A program made the translations under genes and the position numbers. DNA of 64,000 nt. Origin: Callorhinchus milii (Eukaryota). The stretch lies in NCBI RefSeq assembly GCF_018977255.1, contig NW_024704743.1:62870001-62934000 (forward strand), written 5' to 3'. The notes under the pieces are model-generated. The model had not been told where the DNA came from and searched no databases. It saw nothing but the letters and a program-made list of their open reading frames with translations. Below, one piece after another: positions 12,550 to 25,553 of the stretch (its first letter is position 1; each line of letters starts with the position of its first letter).

Positions 12550-14110
12550 ATAAAAAAAATCTTCCCTGGAACCATCCGTGCTCACAAACTACCGCCCCAT
12601 CTCCAACCTCCCTTTCCTTTCCAAAGTCTTTGAAAGAGTTGTTGCTTCCCAGCTTCACTCCTTCCTCTCCTGCCACTCCCTTTACGAACCCCTCCAATCG
12701 GATTTCCTGGTCAACAGCCCTGGTCAAGGTGAAAAATGACATTCTGTCCATCTGTGACCAGGTCTCCCTCTATCCCCTTATTCTCTTCAACTTTTGCTGC
12801 CTTCGACACTGGACCACTTGATCTTCCTCCACCACCTCTCCTCTCACCTCAACCTTCAACAACAACAACAACGTCACATTTGTATAGCGCCTTTCACGTC
12901 GGATGGATGTCCCAAGGTGTTGGCAAGGTTCTGTCCTTGAATGGTTCAGATCCTATCTCTCACACCGGCTTCACTTTGTCTCCACAAACAGCACCCACAC
13001 CATCTTGTGTGGTGTTCCTCAGGGCTCTGTCCTCTCCTCTTCAACCTGTATATGATTCCTCTTGGTGACATCAACAACAACAACAACAAGATTACATTTG
13101 TATAGAGCCTTTCATGTCGGGAGAACGTCCCAAGGCGCTGGACAGTGTACAGCATTTCAGATAGATGACACCCCACCATCTCTCTGCCTCCACCCTCAAC
13201 TCCAGGACCACTGATGACCTGACAGACTACCTGATACCAGGTCCTGGATGAGAGCCAACTTTCTACAGTCGAACATCAACAAGACTGAGGCTCTGCTGAT
13301 TGGCTTGTGCCAGCGCCTCCGCACCTCAGGCACTGGCAGCATCAGCATCTACATCCTGCACACTACACCTCACCAAGTGAGTCAGAAACCTTGGTGTCTT
13401 GTCATTTCTCCCCCACATCCGCAACATTGCCCGACTCTGCCACTGCCTCACCCCTCAGGCCGCCGAAACCTACATACAAGCCTGCATTACATCTAATCAT
13501 CTACATCTCCACTATGCCAACACCCTGCTGGTCAGCTTTCCAAACTCTCCGCTCCACATGCTGCAGATCACCCAGAACTCTGCAGCTCGTGTCCTCTCCT
13601 GCACCACCACCACCAACAATAATTTAGATTTATGTAGCGCCCTCAATGCCGGATGGGGTCTCGGAGCGCTTCACCAGCCTCTGTGATGCCATCACACCCA
13701 CCCTCGCCCAGCTCCACTAGCTCCCCATCCTTCAGAGGGCCAAGTTCATAATCTTTTTTCTCACCTTCAAGGCCTTCCCTGGCCTTGGCCCCTCCTAGCT
13801 CTCCGACCTGCTAACCCCTTATCAACCTGTCCGTTCCCTCTGCACAGCAGGCTCTGTCCGATCTGCTCCATGTCCCCTGCCCAGCCCGCCCCACCATCTG
13901 CGGTTGGGCCTTCAGCCTCTCTGCCTCCACCCTCTGGAACTCCATCCCACATTCCCTTTGCCTTGCTCCATCCTCTTCAACTGTGCCTTTGGCCAGCTTC
14001 CTGTCCTCCCTGCCCTCCACCTTCCCTGATCCCAACAACCCCTGCTCGGTTCCTAATCCCTGACTGTTCAGGGCCTCCCGACGTAAAAGGTGCTTTGCAA
14101 ATGTAATTTT
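12550..14110 (+). mobile_element. Degenerate L2 LINE carrying three short antisense insertions
   Basis: Colinear with 15645-17092 (NYRPISNL, TALVKV, NIARL, QNSAAR). Confidence 0.85.
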
Positions 14111-15499
14111 GTATTGTATTGTATTTAATGAAATTGAAACGTAACTTCAAGGAATATACATGAGTGTGGAGTGTGTTATAATTATTTTCCGAAATTCCTA
14201 TAATAACCCAAAATACTCACTCAGCAGCGTACTGATGTGGTGGAGAAAGGACAGCCTAATCATCTATTCAAGAGCACTTTTTCAAACTTTAAATAATGCG
14301 GTTTTCATCAAAGAGTTTTGACTTGAAGATTCCATCTTTAAGATTTCACTGAAATGCTGTTACTGTAAAGGCAATAACAGACACCCAAGCTAATCCAGTG
14401 TTCAAAGCAACTGCCATAATTGGTCATCTCCTTGTCAGGATTTAGAATATTCCTTTTAAGCCTTTCCGTACTGAATTATCTTTTGTAAATCTTACAAACT
14501 ATAGTATACATAGCATCTGTAAAATCGCTTTCCGCGAATTTCTGAGGTAGAATGAAAGAATTATGTACATATGACAGAGCGAGAGCGAGAGAGAGGGAGA
14601 GAGTGTATGAACCGCTGCTGCCCACCACAGTTAGTGCAAGAGCAGCAGTCGCCCGTTATAACTCAGTGCTTTCAATAGTATGTGTAAAAACAATACAAGA
14701 ATATTTAATCAGCTAGAAATGTCAGCTGCAGTCAAATAAATCTATCCGCAGCTCTCCAGATGTTGCCGCTGGAGAAAGTTGTGAAAATCATTGAAAGAGT
14801 TTGCACAAGTGCCTTAAAAATGTCACCAAAATCTAAATGGGGCTGATTTTAAAAAATGACACACAAAGTAGATTAGCTCAGTTATTCCTTTAATGAGTCT
14901 CTGCTATTTTAAAGCATAATGGTCAATTTTCAATGTGTTCTTGGAATCATATCCAGATTAACATAAAAATGAAAGTACACAATTAAAAAAAAGGCATTTG
15001 GCACATCAAGTCTGTTTCTTTCAGAGATTGCATACAATTTGCTCTGCTGTAGAATGTACCAAATTCACCACATTCCTTTTATACTACAAAAAGCAATGTG
15101 ACAACTCTTCCGGTGGTCAAGCAATGGGAGCAGGGAAAATTACACTGCAAAGTTCTGGATGATCTGCAACTTGTGCAGGGAAGAGTTGGGAAATTCTGTG
15201 AATAGAGCATTGGCATAGTCAAGCCTGGAGGTGATGAAAGCTTTTAGTATTTTTGGAGGAAGGGGATTTATATGTGGAACAATTACGATCTACATTTATA
15301 TATGCCTTTCACCTTGGCAGTGGTGGTTTCATTATGGGGTGGAGGCAAGTGTGATGTGGTAATTCCCATCTTCATGCACAATTTCTCAACAAAAAGGAAA
15401 AGAATGTATGCTGTTTCAGAACTCGTCAAGAATTACTCTGAAAGACAGCACTTAGAGAGCACTAATCCTGGCAAGAAGACCCGCATGAAACCGACCACC

Positions 15500-17092
15500 T
15501 GCTCCTCAACCCCATCCCTACCCCTCTCCTTACCTCCCAGCTCCATCTCCTTGCCCTCTACTCACTGACATCATAAACCTCTCCCTGTCCTCGGGTACCA
15601 TTCCTATTCCATTAAAAATCGCTGTCATCACTCCTATCCTTAAAAAAAACCCTCCCTGGACCCATCTCTACTCCCAAACTACCGCCCTATCTCCAACCTC
15701 CCTTTCCTCTCCGAGGTCCTAGAATGAGTTGTTGCTTCTCAGCTTCGCTCCTTCCTCTCCCGCCACTCCCTTCACAAACCCCTCCAATCGGGTTTCCGTG
15801 CCGCCCACAGCACAGAAACAGCCCTGGTCAAAGTGACAAATGACATTCTGTCCATCTGCGACCAGGGCTCCTCCCTCTGCCTCCTCGTCCTCCTTGACCT
15901 TTCTGCTGCCTTTGATACCGTTGACCACTCTATCCTCACCCACCGTCTCTCCTCTCACCTCAAGCTTCACGGCTCTGTCCTTGACTGGTTCAGATTGTAA
16001 CTCTTACACCGCCTGCAGTTCATCTCCACAAACGGCTTCTCCTCCAGCCCCCGCACCGTCTCGTGCGGCGTTCCTCAGGGCTCTGTCCTTAGTCCCCTCC
16101 TCTTCAATATCTATATGCTCACTCTTGGTGACATCCATAGATATGGGGTCAACTTCCACATGTATGCAGATGACACCCAACTCTACCTCTCTGCCTCCAC
16201 CCTTGACTCCAGGACCACTGCTGTGCTGACAGAATGTCTGTCAAGCATCAAGTCCTGGATGAGAACTAACTTTCTTCAATTGAACATCAACAAGACCGCG
16301 GCTCTCCTGATTGGCTCCTGTCAGCACCTCTTCACCTGAGGCGCTGACAGCGTCACCATCCATGGATGCACACTCCACCTCACTAAGCCAGTCCAGAATC
16401 TTGGGGTCTTGTTTGACAACTAGCCTTTCTGCCCCACATCTGTGCCATGACCCGTTCTGCCATCCCCCACCTCTGCAACATCGCCCGACTCCACCACTGT
16501 CTCACACCGCAGGCCATCGATACCCTCATACACGTCTTCATTACACCGAGTCTCGACTATGCAAATTCATTGCCTGTCGGCTTCCCCAACTCCTCCCTCC
16601 ACAGATCGCAGATCATCCAGAATTCTGCAGCCCATGTCCTCTCCCGCACTAGGCTCCGGGACCCTATCATCTCCATCCTTGCCCAACTCCACTGGCTTCC
16701 CATCTCACAGAGGATACAGTTCAAAATCCTGGTTCTCACCTTCAAAGCCCTCCATGGCCTTGCCCCTACCATCCTGTTCACTCCCTCTGCTCACCAGGCT
16801 CTGGCCTGCTTCACATCCCCCGCCTCGCTCGCTCCACTATTGGTGGGCGGACCTTCTGCCACTCTGCCCCCACCCTCTGGAACTCCATCCCGCAGTCCCT
16901 CCACCTCGCCCCCATCCCTTGCCAACTTCAAGACCCATCTCAAGACCGTGCTTTCGATCTCTCTGAGCCTTCCCCTGCCCTACACTCTCCCCGATTCCGA
17001 CCCCTAGCTCGGGTCCAAAACTCTGTCTGTCCAGCGCCGTGGGACATCCTACCGACGTGAAAGGCGCTTTACAAATGTCATTTTGTTGTTGT
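15500..17092 (+). mobile_element. L2 LINE RT region to 3' end, frameshifted
   Basis: NYRPISNLPFLS, LDLSAAFDTVDH, GVPQGSVL, HMYADDTQLY, LHWLPISQRIQFKIL; (TTG)n tail. Confidence 0.92.
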
Positions 17093-18414
17093 TAGAGCTT
17101 TGCAAGTGCAATCCGCGGCTAGCTGACACCTCACTTTACAATTTCCCATGTCTAGTTTCCACTCTCTGTTTCTCCTCAAAACCCCTATCCAGGAATTTGT
17201 CACATGAGAATTGTAGGCAAAAACTAGTGCTTTACCACCCTGCTACCCTGTACATTGGAGCTCTATTATCTGCCTAGACTAATCTATATATATGTACCAC
17301 TTCTGACACCAGCTGATTTGTTCAATACAACCGTAACAGTAAGTAGCCTTTTAATTTATTAAAAGATTGAATGAAGTGGAGCAGTCCTTTAACTATGCAG
17401 TCCAACTTGTCAGTGTCTTGCTGAGAACTATGAATTACTGAACCAACATGCAGCTGACGATTCCTTCTTTGATTATGAGTTTTTCTAACTATTTGCTTTG
17501 ATTTCTTTTCTTCTTTCTCAAAGAACAATGAATCTGCAGCAGATGAGAGATTTAACTATGTTGAAACTAAACTATAGAAGAATTTAGCATCAGCATTAAT
17601 GACACTCCTTGACTTTTAAGTCCCAAAACCAGGGAGGAGTGTGGATCCAGGAGAAAATTCAAACAGAGGCAAACATGCAGATACAGGTTCTCTGAGAAAA
17701 TAATTTCTGAGATTTCTGCCTCCTATGAGTCCAATACCTCATAGATGTCTTTATTCTATTGATTTAATCCTGCAAGAAAGTACCACAAAATCTGATGTAT
17801 TTATCACACTGTTGTAAAAGTTATTCCCATGGATTTAAGTAATTTAACAAAAAAAACTGTACTAGTGTATAAGTCAGACACCCAAGTTTTCTGGGATAAA
17901 CACTTGAACAAAGGTGTGATTTGTGCAGTGGAAGCAACAGACCCGATTGACTGAAAGGTTATGGGGAAGAGAAGAGTTATTGTACTTTCAGTGATAAGCA
18001 GGAAAAGGAAACTGTTTTCTCTAAACAGGAGTAAAGAGCTAGAACTAGACATGAACCTCACATCCTGAATGCCTTCCGAGTGACAGTAGGGAGCTTTTTT
18101 ATTAAATCTTTAAATGATGATTGGGAGGGGAGAGAAAAAAAACAAGTTTGATTTGCTTGGATCTCTTAAAATGGGAATTCCAAATGGGAATTCTATCAGA
18201 TTTAATGTACCAGACTAGAAAACACGCCATCATTTATTACCCCCAGTTGTCAAAATGAACTCCATTATACACAACATATATTTAAAAAATTGGTTTCACT
18301 GTAGCATCACAGCAAACAAGTACATCTAGAAGAAAAAGTTCTTCATCCTGGTACTCTATAGATTTTGAGAAAAATCAATATGACTCTAATAGAAGATGCT
18401 CAAACACTACTTAC

Positions 18415-18480
18415 CTGCACAGTACGACTTGCATTGATGTGCTCCTGGTGCAGCTTGCCCCACTGACTCCATCGATGGTA
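18415..18480 (-). CDS. STX17: Syntaxin-17 second coding exon
   Basis: YHRWSQWGKLHQEHINASRTVQ (human recalled as YQRCRIWDKLHEEHINAGRTVQ). TTTTCAG| acceptor, CAG|GTAAGT donor, 66 nt. Too short for the ORF track. Confidence 0.93.
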
Positions 18481-19384
18481 CTGAAAATAAAGGTTTACAA
18501 TGTACAATAATGAATCTGTATTTTGAGTTAAATTATACCATTTACATTTCAAATTTCTAAGATTAAGGTGATATTTTAATGTTTTATTTTTTCGTTTAAT
18601 TCTGAAGATGTTCTGTAATTCTATTTCCCTAATTTTCCTTTACACTCTACATTTCAAATATCAACGACTGTTTATTGAAAACATAGCACCGAAGAGGGTA
18701 TACATTAAAAACATTAAAGTACATTAGGTTTATAAAGATTATATCAGAATCCAAACACTTCTGAAAGCATTGTGTACCAAAAGTATTGCATTTCTTCATA
18801 ACTAATTCTTATTAATGTATTAGTATCGCATTTAAATAATCCTTAATCCATTGTACACTGAATAAATTAAAATAGTTTTGTAAACGTGCAATTTCAATTA
18901 CATAAAAAGTTTTTAAATTATGTTTCAAGATTTGAATATTGCATTTAGTGGTCAATACTATAATTAAAATCCTGTATTTACCAATTGGTCCACAGAGAGA
19001 AATTAATAATTACAGAGAAATTTGCGCTTTCTTGTGATGAGGAGTAATGGAAATTATATAGTGTATTCGAATTGCAAGCTACAACAACTTGAAGTTGTAG
19101 AGTACTTTTCATGTACAATAATCTCATAGAATTACAGACTGTACAGCACAGAATCAGGCGATTCAGCGCAACTTGTCCATATCAGTATTTATATTCCCCA
19201 TGACCCGAAATCCCCCTAATTCCCTCTCTCGGACCTTCCCTTCCCCCTCATTTATGGAAAAATAACTTTACAGAGACAATGGGGATTAATGAGCAAGATG
19301 AAGAGGAGGAGTTTGAGGATACGTAAGTTTGTAGGAGGTTTTGAAGGAGATCTGGAGAGTATTCTAGAACACTCATTGATCAGT

Positions 19385-19790
19385 CACAGAATCATAGACA
19401 TGTTTAGCACAGAAGGAGGCATTTGGTCAATCACATCTGCACCCCCTCTCTGTGCAAGGTGTTCGTTGAATTCCACTTACTTCCATACCCTTTCAACCCT
19501 CTATCCTTCATATACCTGTCTATTTCCTTCTTGAAATACACAATGGACTGTTTCACTACCACCTTATCTGGCAAAGCATTCCACATCCCGACAACTCTTT
19601 GAATGAAATATTTCGCCTAAGTTCGCATTTCGCTCTTTGTGTGACTATCTTATAAACTGAAGCCCCTCGTCACTGACTCCCCAACTAGTGGAAACAGTTT
19701 CTCCCTATTTACCGTCGAAACCCCTCATACATTTTACATCTCTATCAGGTTCTCCCTCAATCTTCTCTGTTCCAATGAAAATAGCCGTCT
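19385..19790 (-). mobile_element. CR1 3' fragment
   Basis: Begins with the reversed tail (AGAATCATAGA...CAGAAGGAGGC) and continues with homology to 4300-4700. Confidence 0.7.
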
Positions 19791-21017
19791 TCTCCCCCTC
19801 AGCTCTTTCCCTTCCCTCCACCCACCCCCTTGAGCTCAGGTGCCCAGCCAGTTGCATAAAGCATTTTAAACGTTTTCCCAAACATGACATTCAAAAAAAA
19901 ATTAAAATGTGAATAACATTCAAGGCTATTTTCAGGATATCACTCAGATGTGGATGGAAATATTGATCATTTGATATTTCAGCATTATACACAATATTCT
20001 TTCAACTTCCAAGTAAATATTTCAAATTTGAAAAAGTTCTTTTTTTTTGATTCTGTAACGTAAAGTGTCTATATGAGGCAATGACAAATGTGTTGATGTG
20101 TAAAAGTTAATTGGCAAAGCATATTGGAAGATTTCACTTCTGGACATCAATAGAATGAAAAGAGCACTTGCTCCCTTCACAATCTATTGACATGAGCCCA
20201 AGTGACATATCCCTTCTGTCGAAGTACATGATGAAGTGAAGCAGTGTCACTCTATGTGAGAATTATCCACCCCCAGCCCAGAATCATAATGCAGTGATAT
20301 TTCTTTGACATAATACTCTGTGGTAACAATTAGAAAAATACTTTGAAGAGAGCAAACATTGACGTAAAACAACATCACATAAAAAGAGCATTTATGGAAG
20401 CCTGGCAAAGACTTAGCCAACTGCTCCAGAATTTTTAAACATCAACATTTCTTTGACTAACAGATAAATTGTTATTTAGCATTGGCATGTAAGTTGCTTG
20501 ATTGTGACAAAAGCTGAAGTGCCTAAAGTTATTCCTTATGCCACAGAATTAATTAGACAGGTGAGGAGAAAAGAGGTTAGATTAAGAAAAAGCAGGTCAA
20601 AAATAATGGGAGGATACAACCCCCGATTCCTAGAGGAACATAGGAATGTACAAGTCAAGTTCGCTGTGATCTATGTCGCTTTTACCAAAGGAGAGCTTGC
20701 ACCAACACAGATTTAATGGAATGAATGACCTCCTTTTAGGCTATAACATTTCTATGATTCTATGATTCTGAATCCTTTACAAGTACCCTAAAATATCCAC
20801 TATTGCTCCTAAAATACAGCAATTTTATAATAAAGCCTACATTTAAAATATAAACTTATACTGTACATCAAAATATTGCAAACGCTTAACAGAGTTACTT
20901 TAAAATGGCGGTGCAAAATTATTATGTAGGCAAATAGTGAAACCAAATATTTTCTCGTTGCCAGGGAAAACAGCGAGAGTACAACAAAATAATTAAATTT
21001 ACATCAATGTCACAAAC

Positions 21018-21140
21018 CTTCTCAATATTTATCTGATGCTTCTTTAACCGTTCCAAGTCTGTTGGAATTGCGACTTTAACAAATTTCTGGACAGCTGGTT
21101 CCAGACGGCGAAAGGTCAGTTTTGCCAGCTCTTCTGCCAT
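21018..21140 (-). CDS. STX17: Syntaxin-17 first coding exon
   Basis: MAEELAKLTFRRLEPAVQKFVKVAIPTDLERLKKHQINIEK matches the STX17 N-terminus. Donor AAG|GTTTGT. Likely acceptor TTTTGACTTAG| gives exon start 21192. 123 coding nt. Confidence 0.93.
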
Positions 21141-21384
21141 GCTGTCCCCAAACAACAACTACGGTCTTTCAGATGGAAGACACATCAGGACACTAAGTCA
21201 AAATAATAAAAAACATGGGAGCAAAGAAAAAGCCATTTAGATCACATGGTCTTTCAGAAGCTCTTCCCTTGATCAACCACTGTTGTTGTTGTTGTTGATC
21301 AAGTTAAAAGTTAGTTGATGGCAAAATGTCACAGTACGATTTTTCAACAGCACAAAAAACCCTTTGAAAAAGGTTGCAACATAC

Positions 21385-21886
21385 TCAGAACCCGTGTCCT
21401 CTCCCGCACTAGGCTCCGCGGCCCTATTACTCCCATCCTCACCCCACTCCACTGGCTTCCCATTACACAGAGGATACAGTTCAAGGTCCTGGTCCTGGCC
21501 CTCCAGTCTTGCTCCCCACTACCTCTCCAACCTCCTAACCCCCTACCATCCCGTTCGCTCCCTCCGCTCAGCGGGCTTCAGCCTGCTTCATGACCCCCGC
21601 CTTGCTCGCCCCACTATCGGTGGGCGGGCCTTCCGACACTCTGCCCCCACCCTCTGGAACTCATTCTGCAGTCTCTCCGACTCACCTCTTCCCTCGCCAC
21701 CTTCAAGATTCACCTCAAGACCCTCCTCTTCAACCGTGCTTTCGATCTCCCTGTTTCCCCCCTTGCCCTCCCCCCTCCCCGACCCCGACCTCCAGCTCGG
21801 GTCCGTAACTCTGTCTGTCCAGCACCTTGGGACGTCCTCCCGACATGAATGGAGCTATACAAATGTAATTTTGTTGTTGTTGTTGT
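21385..21886 (+). mobile_element. L2 3' fragment in STX17 intron 1
   Basis: LHWLPITQRIQFKVL, PTIGGRAFRHSAPTLWNS; (TTG)n tail. Confidence 0.88.
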
Positions 21887-22179
21887 TTCATATTCACAAT
21901 AGAGTCAGTCCCAATGAACGTGGATATAAAGCTGTCTACCAGTTTATTTTTCATGCTGTCCTATAGGTCACCTTGTGCTACCCATCATTTCCTTCAAACA
22001 ATAATGTGGTCAGGTTTTTGGTTTGCAGCCCTTTGCCACTCTGAACGGCTGCAACCACAGCAGCTTTGTTTTTAACTTAAATTAGGCAAAATTTCAGATA
22101 GGACAAATCTGCTTCATGTCCTCCCAAAGTGAAAGGTACTATATAAATGCAATTTTTTGTTGTTGTTTTCAATGTTTTT

Positions 22180-23500
22180 TTCACACCTTGCTCTCCACTC
22201 CCTATACGAGCTCCTCCAGGCTGGGTTCCGCCTTGCCCACAATGCAGATACAGCGTGTGTCAAAGTCACAGATAATGTCCTCTCTCTCTGTGACCAGGGC
22301 TCCCTCTGCCTCCTTGTCCTTCTGTACCACTCCACTGCATTCGATACAGTTAAACACCTCCTCCATGGCCTCTCCTCCCTGATCCACCTCGTGGGACCGC
22401 TCTCGAGTGGTTCGAGGCCTACTTAACCAACCGCCATCAGTTTGTCTCTGGAAATGTTTTCCCTCCAGTTCCTGCCTGGGATCCCGAAGGCTCCATCCTT
22501 TGCCCCCTCCTTTTCTTTATTTTCAGGCTCTCTCTCAATTATGTCATCCACAGACAGAGTCAACTTCCATATGTATGTGGATGACACACAAATCTACTTC
22601 TCCTCCAGCTGCAAGTCCAGGTCCACTGATGTTCTGTCAGCTTGTTTGTCAGACATGAAGGCCTGGATGAGCACAAACTACCTGCAGTTGAATGTTGACA
22701 AGGCAGAAGCCATACTTCTTGCACATCTTCTCTCCTGCAGCTCTGATTTCCTCAACCTCCCAGGCCTTTCCCTCAAACTCAATGAACCTGTGCATAACCT
22801 AGGCATCAGGTACAATCCACAGCTGTCCTTCCTATCCCACTTCCAGTCCCTGACCAGGATCGCTTTCCGCCACCTCCGCCACATTGCCCGCCTCCAACCG
22901 CACCTCACACCCAACACAGCTGAAACACTCATCCACACTTTTGTTACCTCCTGCCTCGTTTATTCCAACGCCCTCCTCGCCGGTCTCCCCCGCTCCACTA
23001 TCCACAAAATCCAACTAATTCAAAACTCCGACCCATTATTATTATTATTATTATTATTATTATACTCATCTGCACCAATCCCTTTTCACCAGTCCATGCC
23101 AGCCTCCACTGGCTCCCTATCACAAAACGGATCAATTTAAAGATCCTCACACTTGTTTACAAATCCCTACATACCTCCCTATCTCTCCGATCTGCTTACT
23201 CCCCACTCCACTAACCACCACCTCTGCTCTGGCTCCGACCTCCTCCTTGTCCCTCGTGTCCTCCGCTCCGTCATCAGTGGCCATGCTTTCAGCCACTACA
23301 CCCCAAAACTGTGTAACTCCATCCCTCAATCCCTCTGCCTTGCCCCTCCTTCCCCATTTTAAGGTCACGCCTAGAAGACCTTCCTCTTCAACCATCCTAG
23401 GCTCACCTCCCCCAGATCAGTGTCAGGCTCCACCACGGTTAAGTGGTCCAAAACATTACCCTGCATGAAGGGCACTATATAAATGCTAAGATCTTGTTGC
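22180..23500 (+). mobile_element. Older L2 LINE fragment
   Basis: FHMYVDDTQIY, LQLNVDKAE, LRHIARL, IQLIQNS; internal (ATT)n at 23035-23062. Confidence 0.85.
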
Positions 23501-24489
23501 CAAGTGAAGCAAGTGCCCTGACAACGGCCAGCCGAGGACCAATATAAGCAGTACTAAAAATAGAGGGAAAAGGTTACCAGCAGCACATTTTCAAACGATC
23601 GTGCCAGAAATAGCACTAGTCAACTTGTATTAATATCCTTGGGCAAGGAAATATCCTTCCATTTGGTCTTTTTTTCTTGTCTTAAATGCCATTATTTTTT
23701 CCTTCAATAATTTGCGCACACATGGTATTACTCAGCTGAGATGGATAAACGCACAAACTGCTCCTAGGCCTCATCAATGTTACTGTGCAATCCATTACCA
23801 AAATGTACAAACCATCCTTTCCCCCTTTACCTCTCTGTGAAAAGCCTTCGCCCTTCATTTGATATCTTCTCACAAGAACCCAGCCAAGATTGTTAATGCT
23901 ACAAGGATCGTGGGTGTAAACCTGCCTTCATCTCGCTCTGGTACAGCTCATTGTACACCAACGCACTCGCTGCTAGACTGTCTTTGCCCAATGTCTATAA
24001 TGACATCCTGCAGAATTGCATATATGGAGAGCAGAACTGTGGTCAGGGCCCTTCCCCAACAAAGTCCCTGATTTAGAGGGACAGCCCCTACATTTGTTCT
24101 ATTTTCAATTGCCTGAAATACATAGAGGCAGGAAGAAAACATACAACTGTTGTATAGTGTATAGACACCTTAGTTTCAATCTTTATCATATTTGTTTCAT
24201 CGAGGACTTTCAATATTTCCACTTCTAAAGCCACTTCTTAGAGCAGATTATTTTATAAAGAGATTATTTTAATATTTGTGTGAAAAGCAATCGTTATATT
24301 GGCATGTACTATTTCCAAACTACAAAATTATGTTTTTGATATAAGAGATCAAACTTAACAGATTGAAACCAAACATAATTACACTGAATTTTACAATGCA
24401 GAAGCAAGCAACTCAGCCCAACTAATCTGGACCAATGTTATTTTGCATGAGCCTCCTCCCTTTCTAATCCTCTCGTAAATACATAACAC

Positions 24490-25553
24490 TACGGGGGAGG
24501 GGGGCTGGTAACTAGAGAAATGACAGGCTAGGGGGTACCTACAGTAATGACAGGTTAGGGGGTACCAACAGTAATGACAGGCTGGGGGGGTACCTACAGT
24601 AAAATGATAGGCTGGAGGGGTAACTACAGTAATCACAGGCTGGGGGGTAAATACAGTAATGACAGGCTGGGGGGGTAACTGTAGTAATGACAGGCTGGGG
24701 GGGTAACTGTAGTAATGACAGGCTGGGGGGGGAAATACAGTAATGACAGGCTGGGGGGGTAACTGTAGTAATGACAGGCTGGGGGGGTAAATACAGTAAT
24801 GACAGGCTGGGGGGGTAACTGTAGTAATGACATGCTGGGGGGGTAAATACAGTAATGACAGGATGGGGGGGTAACTGTAGTAATGACAGGCTGGGGGGGT
24901 AAATACAGTAATGACAGGATGGGGGGGTAACTGTAGTAATGACAGGCTGGGGGGGTAAATACAGTAATGACAGGCTGGGGGGGTAACTGTAGTAATGACA
25001 GGCTGGGGGGGTAAATACAGTAATCACAGGCTGGGGGGAAATACAGTAATGACAGATTGGGGGGTAACTGTAGTAATGACAGGCTGGGGGGGGAAATACA
25101 GTAATGACAGGCTGGGGGGGTAAATACAGTAATGACAGACTGGGGGGTAACTGTAGTAATGACAGGCTGGGGGTAAATACAGTAATGACAGGCTGGGGGG
25201 TAACTGTAGTAATGACAGGCTGGGGGGGTAAATACAGTAATCACAGGCTGGGGGTAAATACAGTAATGACAGATTGGGGGGTAACTGTAGTAATGACAAG
25301 CTGGGGGGGGAAATACAGTAATGACAGGCTGGGGGGGAAATACAGTAATGACAGGCTGGGGGGATAACTACAGTAATGACAGACTGGGGGGTAACTGTAG
25401 TAATGACAAGCTGGGGGGTAACTACAGGAATGAAAGGCTGGGGGGTAGTAATCACAGTAATGACAGGCTGGGGGGTAACTACAGTAATGACAGTCTGGGG
25501 GCAGTAATAGTGATGAAAGGCAGGCAGGATAACTACAGTAATGACAGTTTGGG
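24490..25553. repeat. Minisatellite block A, unit about 28-30 bp
   Basis: G(5-8)TAAATACAGTAATGACAGGCT largely alternating with G(n)TAACTGTAGTAATGACAGGCT. Confidence 0.95.

Noticed and set aside
18169..18194. AAATGGGAATTC direct repeat with an NF-kB-like core
   Set aside because: Short local duplication, imperfect kB consensus and no supporting context.
21141..21158. ORF-track N-terminal extension MLFGDS of STX17
   Set aside because: Starts at TTG. The ATG at 21140 has good context (AGCATGG) and matches the ortholog start.
24660..25420. CTACAG versus CTGTAG repeat variants as a micro-inversion
   Set aside because: The intermediate CTGCAG occurs in block B, so two ordinary transitions explain it.
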